Source: Candidatus Aminicenantes bacterium
GTDB lineage: Bacteria > Acidobacteriota > Aminicenantia > Aminicenantales > JAFGAV01
Assembly: GCA_016933515.1 (NCBI GenBank)
Contig: JAFGAV010000118.1
Location: 14,768-78,767, forward strand
Length of the DNA: 64,000 nt
Direction: 5' to 3'
How positions within the stretch are numbered: the first letter of the stretch is position 1; every line of letters begins with the position of its first letter. Positions 38,030 through 48,352 of this stretch are shown here, in pieces. Both the position numbers and the translations under genes were made by a program. The notes beneath the pieces were generated by a model. It had not been told where the DNA came from. It saw nothing but the letters and a program-made list of their open reading frames with translations, and made no database searches.

Positions 38030-39322
38030 ATGAAATTCGTCGCCGACCTGCATATCCATTCCAAATTCTCCCGGGCCACGTCCCGCGACATGACCTACGA
38101 TTCCCTGGCCCTGTGGGCGAAAATCAAAGGTCTCCATTTGGTGGCCACGGGAGATTTCACCCATCCCGAGTGGCTTTTCTTGACCCGGGAAAAACTGGAG
38201 AGCTCCGGCAACGGATTCTTTCACCTCAAATCCCGCCCTCAGACCGACGACCCTCGCCTGACGGACGTTCCGTTCTCTCCCGGAGACGTGTCTTTCATCC
38301 TCTCCACGGAGATCAGCTTCATCTACTCCAAGAAGGGCCGCGTGAGAAAAATTCACCTCATCGTTCTGGCTCCCGACCTGGAGTCGGTGGAGCGGCTCAA
38401 CGGCCGCCTCGAGGGCGTGGGCAACCTGCGCTCGGACGGCCGGCCCATTCTGGGATTGGACGCCAAAATTTTCGTCAAAATGGTTGCCGACCTCTGCCCC
38501 CGGTGCGTGGTCATCCCCGCCCACATCTGGACTCCCTGGTTCTCTCTGTTCGGGGCCAATTCCGGTTTCGAGGCCATCGAAGAGTGCTTCGAGGAAATGA
38601 CGCCTTTCATCTTCGCCCTGGAAACCGGCCTCAGTTCCGACCCGCCCATGAACTGGCGGCTGTCGGCGCTGGATCGGTTCACCCTCATTTCCAATTCCGA
38701 TGCCCATTCCCCCTCCCGGCTGGGACGGGAAGCCAATGTGTTTCAAACCGAGTTCAGCTACGCGGGCCTTGTCGAAGCGCTCCGGAAGCGCGATCCGGAG
38801 ACCTTCCTCTACACCGTCGAATTCTTTCCCGAAGAGGGAAAATACCATTGGGACGGCCACCGGAAATGCGGCGTCGTCATGTCGCCTGAAGAGTCCCGAA
38901 GGCGAAACGACCTGTGCCCGAAATGCGGGAAAAAAATGACGATCGGCGTCATGCACCGCGTGCTGGATCTGGCCGATCGAGAGGCCGGAGTCTCGGCCGC
39001 GCACAGGATCCCCTTCAAAAACCTGATCCCCCTCAATGAGATCGCCGGGGAGGCTTTGGGCAAATCGGGAGACTGCCAGGCGGCCTGGGACGTTGCTTTC
39101 CGCTTCGCCAGGGAATTCGGCGGCGAACACGCCGCTCTGGTCGACGCGTCTCCCGAAGACTTGCGCCGCATCCCTCCGGAGTCGGTCAGCCGCGGCATCG
39201 AACTGATGCGCAAGGGCCTGGTCAAGGTCAACCCGGGCTATGACGGCGAGTACGGGCGCATCCGCCTGCTTGCCACCGAGGCTCCCGGCGAGCCGGCCGC
39301 CGGCCAACTGACGCTGTTTTAG
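38030..39322 (+). CDS. endonuclease Q-like PHP-domain nuclease (TIGR00375-type)
   Basis: Start at ATG 38030 (MKFVADLHIHSKFSRATS); SNSDAHSPSRLGREANVF, EEGKYHWDGHRKC, Zn-ribbon CPKCGKKMTIGV, C-terminal NPGYDGEYGRIRL. Confidence 0.8.
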   Translation: MKFVADLHIHSKFSRATSRDMTYDSLALWAKIKGLHLVATGDFTHPEWLFLTREKLESSGNGFFHLKSRPQTDDPRLTDVPFSPGDVSFILSTEISFIYSKKGRVRKIHLIVLAPDLESVERLNGRLEGVGNLRSDGRPILGLDAKIFVKMVADLCPRCVVIPAHIWTPWFSLFGANSGFEAIEECFEEMTPFIFALETGLSSDPPMNWRLSALDRFTLISNSDAHSPSRLGREANVFQTEFSYAGLVEALRKRDPETFLYTVEFFPEEGKYHWDGHRKCGVVMSPEESRRRNDLCPKCGKKMTIGVMHRVLDLADREAGVSAAHRIPFKNLIPLNEIAGEALGKSGDCQAAWDVAFRFAREFGGEHAALVDASPEDLRRIPPESVSRGIELMRKGLVKVNPGYDGEYGRIRLLATEAPGEPAAGQLTLF

Positions 39323-39374
39323 GCCGCCTTGACATCTCCTTCCCCGGCTCTTATATTGAAAGAGCGAGTGCGCC

Positions 39375-39860
39375 ATGGACATTGAAATGAAGGTCCGGGG
39401 CTTGGTCGTGGACCCCATGTCAAAGATGCCGATTGTTCTCCTGGAGGACGCCTCTTCGGAGCGGGTGCTGCCCATTTGGATCGGCGTATTCGAAGCCAAC
39501 GCCATCGCTTTGGTCATTGAAAACATCGACACTCCGCGGCCCATGACCCATGACCTGTTCAAGAACATGCTGGACAAGGCCGGGATCGTCATCGACAAGG
39601 TCGTGGTCAACGACGTTCAGAACAACACTTTTTACGCCCTCATCCATTGCCAGCATCAGGGCCGCAGGATCGTCATCGATTCCCGGCCCTCCGACGCCAT
39701 CGCCCTGGCGCTGAGAATGAAATCCCCGATTTATGTCCGGGACGAAGTCGTCAAGTTGAGCCACAGCCTCAAGCTGGATGAAAACCTGGAAACCTCCGAA
39801 AAGATCATGAAATGGCTGGAAAGCCTGCGACCCGAGGACTTGGGAAAGTACAAGATGTGA
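39375..39860 (+). CDS. bifunctional nuclease (BFN/DUF151) family protein
   Basis: 161 aa; VLPIWIGVFEANAIALVIENIDTPRPMTHDL and SRPSDAIALALR patterns. Confidence 0.75.
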   Translation: MDIEMKVRGLVVDPMSKMPIVLLEDASSERVLPIWIGVFEANAIALVIENIDTPRPMTHDLFKNMLDKAGIVIDKVVVNDVQNNTFYALIHCQHQGRRIVIDSRPSDAIALALRMKSPIYVRDEVVKLSHSLKLDENLETSEKIMKWLESLRPEDLGKYKM

Positions 39861-39873
39861 ATCGCGCCTCCGC

Positions 39874-42237
39874 TCAAGTGCGGAGGTTGAGAAGGGCGAA
39901 AATCCCCCCCGCGCCGAAGAGAAGATTGGGGCCCCAGGCCGCCAGAAACGGGCTGAGCGTTCCCGCGTAGCCGAGTCCACGGAAAAGTCCCAACGCCCCC
40001 CAATAGACCATGGCAATCACCACCCCGACGGCGATGCCCACCAGCGTGCCCCGCCGGCCCATGGCGAAGGCGAAGGGAATGCCGATCAGGGTCATGATCA
40101 CCGCCACCAGAGGCAGAGCGAGCTTGGTCTGCCAATCGACCTGCAGGCGGCCGGTGTCGAACCCGAGATCCCTGACCTCGCGGATGTAGGCCCGGAGCTC
40201 GCCGAGCGTCATCTGCGACGGCTCCTTCCACTCTTTCAGAAAGAAATTCCGCGTTTCTTCAAGGGGCATCTCCAACCGGTCGAACCGTTCGAACGGCACG
40301 GGAGAATCCTTGGCAAACCGCCTCTGCCAACCGTCTGTCAACGTCAGGGTCCCCTCGTCCAAGACGGCATGCTCGGCGAACAGGCGCCGGGTCAAAGCCC
40401 ACTCCCGGCCGTCGACATCCAGGATCGTCAGCTGCCGGAATGCGCTCCGCCGGGGATCGAAATAGGAATAATGAAAGAAGCGGTTTTTGGCGCGGTTCAC
40501 CATCCAGGTCCGCTCCAGGGGGTTGTAGCTGCGCGCGGGAAGATCGTTGATGGCGTCCCAGACGCGGTTGGCTTTCGTGTTGGAAACCGGAAGGACGCGC
40601 TCCTGGAGATAAAAGGAGGCGAGGCTCACCGCGACGGCGAGGATCACGACCGGAACGATGAGGCGGTAAAGACTGATGCCGGCGGCTTTCATGGCCGTGA
40701 CCTCATTGAATTTGGTCAGGATGCCGAGACTGAGAAGCATGGCCGTCAGAGCGGCCACGGGAAGAATGTAATTGGCATAATCGGGGAGGGAGTGCCAGAG
40801 AAACCGGAGAAGAAGGCTGATCGGCTTTTTGTGGTCGTAAACGGTGTTGATCCTCTCGAAAAAAGTGACGACGACGGTGAGGGCCAGCAATCCGGTGAAG
40901 ACCAAACCGAAAAAGAGCGCATATTTGCGGATGATGTACCGGTCGAGAATCCGGGGAAATCCCGGCCACTGTCTCGCCTGCCGGATGCGGGGCCGGCCGG
41001 CGGCCGTCCCCATGGCGCGGGCCGGCCTCGAAAACAGACGGGGCGCCCGCACGGAAATCCGCCGCTCCCGGCCGACGCGCAGGTAAAGCGCCAGGCTGAA
41101 GAGAAGGAACAGGACGTTGGGCCCCCACATTCCCGCGAAGGGGGTGATCTTTCCGTCGCGGGCCAGCTGCTCGCCGGCGGTGATGAGGATGTAATAGGCC
41201 AGGATGATGGCGATGCTGATGGTGAATCCGGATGTCCTGCCGCCCTTGCGGGTGCTGACCCCTAGAGGAAGGCCGAGAAAGACGAAGACCAGGCACGCGA
41301 ACGGCAGGGCGAATCGTTTGTGGATTTCGATCCAATGGGAGCGGTGTTCCCGGTTCCGTCGATCGAGATCCAGGCGTCCGCCCGCATCGAGGCCCGGTCC
41401 GTCTCTCCGGCGCTCCAGGTCGCGGATCGCACTCTTTACGGAGGCTTCGCCCTTCCAGAGCTCAAAGATGTCTTTTTCCCTCACCGTCGGTGCATGGTGA
41501 AAAGAGGCCAGGAGGCTCTCAACGGGCATGTCCTCCCTCAGACTTTGGAAGAACGTGATCCTGTATTTTTCCGGAGCGTCGAGGGGATAGGAATGATCGA
41601 TTCCTTCGCTGAGACTCAAAATCAGCCTTTTGAGATCGGGGCTGGCATCGAGGCGTCCCCGCCGAGCCAGGATCAAACGGGGCTCGTTGGGGTCGGTCTT
41701 GAGAGACAGAAGGATGTTTTCCCATCGCTCGTCCCGGCCTTCCGCGTCCTGGACATAGATGACGGTGTCGGGCAGGGTTTCATTGAAGACCCGGGGCGTG
41801 ACCCGGAAGTGCACGCGATGAAGAACCCGGCTGACGTACGTTCGGACGTAGAGAGCGTTCGACCGAGGAGCCAGGTAGAGAGTGAAAAACGACGTCAGCA
41901 GCCAGCCGCCGACGGCGAAGAAAAAAAGCGGCCGAAGAAGCCGGGAGCGGCCGATTCCCAGAGTCCTGAACGCCGTGACTTCATAATCCGAGGACAGGCG
42001 GCTCAGACCGGCCAGAATGCCCATGAGGACGGCCATGGGAACGGAAAACGCCAGTATGGCGGGCATGAGAAACATCAGGAGCTCGACGGTGGCCAGCACG
42101 GAGACGCCGCGGGTGACGATCTGCTCGGTCAGGATGAGGATCTGGTTCATGAGCAGGACGAAACTGAAGAGGAGAAGGCCGAGAAAAAACGGCGGCGTGA
42201 CTTCGCGCACGATGTAGCGGTCGAACGTTCGGAACAT
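39874..42237 (-). CDS. fused LptF-LptG lipopolysaccharide export permease (two YjgP/YjgQ modules)
   Basis: 787 aa; module 1 starts MFRTFDRYIVREVTPPFFLGL, module 2 starts near residue 420 with ILDRYIIRKYALFFGLVFTGL; each has TM bundle plus periplasmic beta-jellyroll-like segment. Confidence 0.85.
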   Translation of the reverse strand: MFRTFDRYIVREVTPPFFLGLLLFSFVLLMNQILILTEQIVTRGVSVLATVELLMFLMPAILAFSVPMAVLMGILAGLSRLSSDYEVTAFRTLGIGRSRLLRPLFFFAVGGWLLTSFFTLYLAPRSNALYVRTYVSRVLHRVHFRVTPRVFNETLPDTVIYVQDAEGRDERWENILLSLKTDPNEPRLILARRGRLDASPDLKRLILSLSEGIDHSYPLDAPEKYRITFFQSLREDMPVESLLASFHHAPTVREKDIFELWKGEASVKSAIRDLERRRDGPGLDAGGRLDLDRRNREHRSHWIEIHKRFALPFACLVFVFLGLPLGVSTRKGGRTSGFTISIAIILAYYILITAGEQLARDGKITPFAGMWGPNVLFLLFSLALYLRVGRERRISVRAPRLFSRPARAMGTAAGRPRIRQARQWPGFPRILDRYIIRKYALFFGLVFTGLLALTVVVTFFERINTVYDHKKPISLLLRFLWHSLPDYANYILPVAALTAMLLSLGILTKFNEVTAMKAAGISLYRLIVPVVILAVAVSLASFYLQERVLPVSNTKANRVWDAINDLPARSYNPLERTWMVNRAKNRFFHYSYFDPRRSAFRQLTILDVDGREWALTRRLFAEHAVLDEGTLTLTDGWQRRFAKDSPVPFERFDRLEMPLEETRNFFLKEWKEPSQMTLGELRAYIREVRDLGFDTGRLQVDWQTKLALPLVAVIMTLIGIPFAFAMGRRGTLVGIAVGVVIAMVYWGALGLFRGLGYAGTLSPFLAAWGPNLLFGAGGIFALLNLRT

Positions 42238-42270
42238 GACCCTCAGCCTCTAGCATAAAACCACGCCCGG

Positions 42271-42304
42271 AAAAAGAAAAGGCCCCGGGCGACGCCCGGG
42301 GCCT
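42271..42304 (-). terminator. rho-independent terminator after groEL
   Basis: Perfect 11-bp stem AGGCCCCGGGC/GCCCGGGGCCT (42280-42290 / 42294-42304), 3-nt loop, followed on the minus strand by TTTCTTTTT (42279-42271). Confidence 0.8.
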
Positions 42305-42332
42305 TCGATGTTCAAGCCGGCGGAACGCCTTC

Positions 42333-44269
<1,937 letters not shown>

Positions 44270-44288
44270 AGATACCTCCTTTAAAAAA

Positions 44289-44315
44289 TTAGCAAATATA
44301 CTCTCAGAGTGCTAA
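44289..44315 (-). promoter_or_regulatory. CIRCE-like inverted repeat 1 (5' UTR of groES)
   Basis: On coding strand TTAGCACTC-N9-ATTTGCTAA: left arm equals CIRCE consensus, right arm 6/9; lies between -10 and SD. Confidence 0.65.
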
Positions 44316-44316
44316 A

Positions 44317-44345
44317 TATATACATTCCGGAAAGCGTTTTGTCAA
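44317..44345 (-). promoter_or_regulatory. sigma70-type promoter for groES (TTGACA-N17-TATATA)
   Basis: On minus strand TTGACA (44345-44340), 17-nt spacer, TATATA (44322-44317). Confidence 0.6.
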
Positions 44346-44362
44346 GAGTTTTTCAAAAAAAA

Positions 44363-44389
44363 TTAGCAGTCATGATAATAGACTGCTAA
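44363..44389 (-). promoter_or_regulatory. CIRCE-like inverted repeat 2 (upstream of -35)
   Basis: Perfect TTAGCAGTC-N9-GACTGCTAA; differs from CIRCE consensus TTAGCACTC-N9-GAGTGCTAA at one symmetric position. Confidence 0.6.
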
Positions 44390-44405
44390 TATCGTTATAA
44401 ATTCT

Positions 44406-44642
44406 TTATTTTTTGTGTATTTTCAGTCTTTCAGCGCGGCAGTGGAGTGTGTTTCTATGCATGCCAAGGGCTTTGGCGATCCGGGACTTATTGCCCCTGT
44501 ACTTCTTCATGGCCGTTTCCAGATAGATCTTTTGAAATTCCCGGAGGGCGTCATCGAGATGAAGCTCCTTGTCCACCATCTCGGAAATGACCGTTTCCAG
44601 CTTCTGGTGAAGAGTCGCTTTCTCAGATTTTTTTTCCATCAT
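44406..44642 (-). CDS. small Fis-type helix-turn-helix DNA-binding protein
   Basis: 78 aa; C-terminal HTH_8-like GNKSRIAKALGMHRNTLHCRAERLKI. Confidence 0.6.
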   Translation of the reverse strand: MMEKKSEKATLHQKLETVISEMVDKELHLDDALREFQKIYLETAMKKYRGNKSRIAKALGMHRNTLHCRAERLKIHKK

Positions 44643-45168
44643 CCCCCCCCCGTTTTATTTCGATCATTCTTTGATAGGAATCCATGAATCTTTTTTTCAG
44701 CTCGGCGGGCGCAAGCTGAACCAAACCGCGCGTGACCCTCAGAGCAACGGGCGCGAGATTCGATTCACGAAGAAATTCTGTGTCGGCGGGAAACACCGCG
44801 AAGGCCAGGACGATGACCCCGCATAAAAAAGCGCCCTTAAGAAATCCGAGCGCGCCGCCCAGAAGATGGTTGAAAAAACGGGACAGACCCGCCATCCGGC
44901 GGGAGATGAACCGGCTCAGGAGCCCGCCGGCCGCCACGATCACGACGAAGACCGCGCCGAAGGCGAGGAAATCCCTGACCGGCCCCCCTCTGATGACCCC
45001 GGACAGGAGCCGGGAAATATTGGGATAGTAATGGGCCGCCAGGAAGAACCCGGCCAGAACGGCCAGGATGCCCACGATTTCCCGGATGAGCCCTCGGACA
45101 AGGCCGAAGATCAGCGCCGCGGCGGTTATAACCAGGAACAGAATATCGATCCAAGTGGAAAGCATCAT
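44623..45168 (-). CDS. cvpA: CvpA-family membrane protein
   Basis: 181 aa; four TM helices; WIDILFLVITAAALIFGLVRGLIREIVGI N-terminus typical of CvpA. Confidence 0.75.
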   Translation of the reverse strand: MMLSTWIDILFLVITAAALIFGLVRGLIREIVGILAVLAGFFLAAHYYPNISRLLSGVIRGGPVRDFLAFGAVFVVIVAAGGLLSRFISRRMAGLSRFFNHLLGGALGFLKGAFLCGVIVLAFAVFPADTEFLRESNLAPVALRVTRGLVQLAPAELKKRFMDSYQRMIEIKRGGDDGKKI

Positions 45169-46085
45169 GCCCCGCTATTCCTCAAACGCTCCACCATCCA
45201 GTAACGCCCTTCCTTCACGAATCCGAAGGGAATGAAGGGTTTGATCCGGCCGTGGAAATCCGAACCCGCGGTCGGCACGAGATTAAGGCTCTCGGCCAGG
45301 CCCAGATAATGTCTTTCCAGGGAGTGGTCCGGACAAAGAGGAGGCCGATGATAAGACGTGTACACTTCCAACCCTTTCAACCCTCGCTCTTTGAGCTCTT
45401 CGAGATCCCGCCGTCCGGCGCGGACAAAAGACGCCCCGGGGTGGGCAAGAACGGGGGACGCTCCCGTCTGCGGCGCCAGATCCAAGACTTCGACAAGATC
45501 GATATAGCTTTTGGGGGCATAGGCCGGACGCCCCTTCTCGAAATAATCGCTATAGAACAGGAAGGCATCCGGTTCGTTTGATCCGGGGAGATAATACTTG
45601 TCCCACCGGGGCTCGCGCCGCACTTCCATCTTGTCCAGGAGGACGCGGGCGATGAAGACGCCTACGGGCAAGACGTCCTCCCCCTTTTCTGCGGCTGCGG
45701 CCAGAACCTCCTCCCAGGAGACGGGAAAACCCAGCCGGCGGAGATTGTTCACCCGTTCCCGGCCTTCCGAAAGCCGCACCTCCCGGGCCCGGTTGAGCAC
45801 TTCCGCCAAACACGGCGACCGCCAGTCGACGAACGGCATCAGAAGATGAAACTCCCGGCCGTCGTACTGAGTCGTCATCTCCAGGCCGGGGATGACCTCC
45901 ACGCCCTGTTCCTCCCCGGCCGCCAGGGCCGCCGGATAGGCCTTGATGCTGTCGTGGTCGGCGATCGAAATGGCCGCGAATCCCGATTCCTTGGCCCGGC
46001 GCACGAGTTCCTCGGGCCGGACATCGCCGTCCCCGCTCCAACAGGAATGGATATGAAGATCGACCAACCCGTCCCGCATGATCAT
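45165..46085 (-). CDS. PHP-domain phosphoesterase
   Basis: Start at ATG 46085 (MIMRDGLVDLHIHSCWSGDG), ATGA overlap with purC stop; ISIADHD, GSDFHG motifs. ORF-track start 46274 is an upstream extension inside purC. Confidence 0.75.
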   Translation of the reverse strand: MIMRDGLVDLHIHSCWSGDGDVRPEELVRRAKESGFAAISIADHDSIKAYPAALAAGEEQGVEVIPGLEMTTQYDGREFHLLMPFVDWRSPCLAEVLNRAREVRLSEGRERVNNLRRLGFPVSWEEVLAAAAEKGEDVLPVGVFIARVLLDKMEVRREPRWDKYYLPGSNEPDAFLFYSDYFEKGRPAYAPKSYIDLVEVLDLAPQTGASPVLAHPGASFVRAGRRDLEELKERGLKGLEVYTSYHRPPLCPDHSLERHYLGLAESLNLVPTAGSDFHGRIKPFIPFGFVKEGRYWMVERLRNSGA

Positions 46086-46972
46086 AGCGTCTGCAGACCG
46101 GTGAGAAGTCTGAAAATTTCCAGGTACCGGCTCGCGGTCTGATCGATGACTTCCGGCGGGAGCGGCGGGGGAGGCGAAGACCGGTCCCAGCCGGAGCGCA
46201 GCAGATGGTCGCGGACATACTGTTTGTCCAGGCTGGACTGGGAACGCCCGGGAGCATAATCGGCCAGCGGCCAAAAACGGGAAGAGTCGGGCGTGAAAAT
46301 CTCGTCCACCAGGATGAGCTCGTCGTCGAGCCGGCCGAACTCGAACTTGGTGTCGGCGATGATGATCCCTTTGGACACGGCGTGCAGGGATGCCTTTTGA
46401 TACAGCTCCAGGCTCAGCCTGCGGACGGCCTTGGCCGTTTCCGAACCCACGATCTTCTCCATGGCTTTAAACGAGATGTTCTCGTCATGCCCCTCGTCGG
46501 CCTTCGTGGCCGGCGAGAACAGGGGCTGGTCCAGGCGGTCCGATTCCCTCAGTCCGCCCCGAAGCTTGATGCCGCAAATCCGGCCCGTCTTCTGGTACTC
46601 GTTCCATCCCGTGCCCGCGAGATAGCCTCTGACCACGCATTCGACGGGCAAAACATCGGCCTTGCGCACCAGCATCGAGCGCTTATCGAGAAGAGCGCGG
46701 TAGGGTGCGAGCTCGGACGGAAAATCCGCGATGTCCGCGGCGAGGACATGATTGGGACAGACGAGCGCGGTATGATCGAACCAGAACCGGGAAAGCTGAG
46801 TCAGAACCGCCCCCTTTCCGGGAATGAGAGAGGGAAGAACATGATCAAAGGCGGAAATCCGGTCCGAGGCGACGACGAGGAGCTTGTCGCCGAGATCGAA
46901 AACATCCCGGACTTTTCCTCTTTTGAAGAGAGGAATTCCGGGCAGGGAAATTTCGGAAAGTGTTTCAGGCAT
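46082..46972 (-). CDS. purC: phosphoribosylaminoimidazole-succinocarboxamide synthase (SAICAR synthase)
   Basis: Start at ATG 46972 (MPETLSEISLPGIPLFKRGKVRDVFD); SDRISAFD, IIIADTKFEFG; the 589-aa ORF-track product is this gene plus a spurious upstream extension antisense to pgeF. Confidence 0.95.
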   Translation of the reverse strand: MPETLSEISLPGIPLFKRGKVRDVFDLGDKLLVVASDRISAFDHVLPSLIPGKGAVLTQLSRFWFDHTALVCPNHVLAADIADFPSELAPYRALLDKRSMLVRKADVLPVECVVRGYLAGTGWNEYQKTGRICGIKLRGGLRESDRLDQPLFSPATKADEGHDENISFKAMEKIVGSETAKAVRRLSLELYQKASLHAVSKGIIIADTKFEFGRLDDELILVDEIFTPDSSRFWPLADYAPGRSQSSLDKQYVRDHLLRSGWDRSSPPPPLPPEVIDQTASRYLEIFRLLTGLQTL

Positions 46973-47061
46973 GGTAAGGATAAGAATAGAGAAATTCCCG
47001 TCAAAATGCAACACGCCTCTGCAGGGCATGACGATGATTGCGCCCGACCGGAGAGTAAAGC

Positions 47062-47769
47062 CTACCGGACCGCGAACCCAATGAAATTGATCTGTCGACC
47101 GGCCGCCTCCGGATCCCGGCGGTAAGAGAAAAACTCGGGCCGGCAATGCGTGCAAAGAGAGACAAGCTCGATGTTTCGCTTTTTCAACCCGGCGCGGATG
47201 AGCTGGCGCCGATTCGCTCCGGCCAGATCGAGAACGGATTTTCCCGGATGTCCGCGCCGCGGCGCGAAATCCCGAAGAGAAAGTCCGGATTCCCGGAATG
47301 CGCGGCGCACATCTTCGCCCACCTCGAAGCAGCGCGGACCGATGCACGGCCCCAAAGCCGCTCTCAAACTCGAGGGCCGGCAGCCGTACTTCCGCTGCAG
47401 GGCGCTCACGGTCTTCTCCGCCAGCCGGGAGGCCGTCCCTCGCCATCCGCAGTGAACGGCGGCCGCAACGCGCCCCTCCGGATCGGCCAAAAGGATCGGC
47501 AGACAATCGGCCGTTTTGACGGCCAGCAGAAGGCGCAGCCGATCGGTGACCAGCGCGTCGCCCCGCTTGCGGATTTTCGGCCGACGGGCGAAAAAAATGA
47601 CGGCGTCCGAATGAACCTGGTCGAGCGTGACCGGACGAAATCCTGTTTTTCCTCCGATGCCCCCGGCGTCCCGGAAGCCGCAGCCCTTCATGCCGAAACC
47701 GTGGACCAGTCCCGGAATGTCCGCCAGAAGCGGCGATATCAGGAAGCGCTTTCCGCCTTTCCGGTTCAT
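47062..47769 (-). CDS. pgeF: peptidoglycan editing factor PgeF (YfiH/DUF152 laccase-domain protein)
   Basis: 235 aa; GLVHGFGMKG, LDQVHSD, TADCLPI, HCGWRGT motifs. Confidence 0.85.
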   Translation of the reverse strand: MNRKGGKRFLISPLLADIPGLVHGFGMKGCGFRDAGGIGGKTGFRPVTLDQVHSDAVIFFARRPKIRKRGDALVTDRLRLLLAVKTADCLPILLADPEGRVAAAVHCGWRGTASRLAEKTVSALQRKYGCRPSSLRAALGPCIGPRCFEVGEDVRRAFRESGLSLRDFAPRRGHPGKSVLDLAGANRRQLIRAGLKKRNIELVSLCTHCRPEFFSYRRDPEAAGRQINFIGFAVR

Positions 47770-47841
47770 GGCTGCAACTCATCATACCCTCTCTCAGCGG
47801 AAATTCAACCCGGAACGATTTCGGCGAAGATCGCGCCCGCG

Positions 47842-48027
47842 ATAAAAACATCGGGCATTCCGGGGGGAATGGGGCCCGAGGCCACGGCCCATTTCTACCG
47901 GCTTCTCATACGCAACACCAGCGCCCCCGCGGATCAGGAGCACATTCCCGTCGCCATCTGGGCCGATCCCAGGGTCCCCGACCGGACGCCGGCCGGCTCG
48001 TCCGGCGCGGAGCCCCGGTCGTCTTGA
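47842..48027 (+). pseudogene. N-terminal remnant of an aspartate/glutamate-type amino-acid racemase
   Basis: IKTSGIPGGMGPEATAHFYRLLIRNTSAPADQEHIPVAIWADPRVPDRT resembles the first ~50 residues of Asp racemases. An ATA codon sits where the start would be, and the frame stops at 48025-48027 with no continuation in any frame. Confidence 0.5.
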
Positions 48028-48052
48028 CAACTTCGCGGCCTTCAGATATTCT
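48024..48052 (+). promoter_or_regulatory. sigma70-type promoter candidate for rpsU (TTGACA-N17-TATTCT)
   Basis: TTGACA 48024-48029, TATTCT 48047-48052, SD AAAGGAGGTG before GTG 48081. Confidence 0.5.
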
Positions 48053-48080
48053 GGCCTTCCTTCAAAGGAGGTGAAATCTC

Positions 48081-48287
48081 GTGGCCTTTGTTGTCATTGA
48101 AGAAGGCGAATCCCTGGAAAACGCGCTCAAGCGGTTCAAGAGAAAGGTCCAGCAGGAAGCCATCATCAAGGAAATCAAAAAGCATTCGGTCTATTTCAAG
48201 CCGGGCGAGCGGAAGAGAATGAAAGCCGCCCAGGCCCGCAAGCGCATGAGGAGACGCCTGAAACGCGAACGCGACGTCGATTACTGA
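48081..48287 (+). CDS. rpsU: 30S ribosomal protein S21
   Basis: 68 aa; GESLENALKRFKRKVQQEAIIKEIKKHSVYFKPGERKR; GTG start. Confidence 0.9.
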   Translation: MAFVVIEEGESLENALKRFKRKVQQEAIIKEIKKHSVYFKPGERKRMKAAQARKRMRRRLKRERDVDY

Positions 48288-48352
48288 GAGATACCTGCCT
48301 CCGATTTCTCCCTTCCGTCCCGGCCCGATGACCGAACAAGAGTCGAGGGGAA

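Noticed and set aside
37928-39610. 560-aa minus-strand ORF antisense to the EndoQ-like and BFN genes
   Set aside because: The sense-strand proteins carry multiple specific motifs. The antisense product is featureless.
46973-47851. Upstream two-thirds of the 589-aa ORF ending in purC
   Set aside because: PurC homology begins at ATG 46972. The upstream part is antisense to pgeF and compositionally biased.
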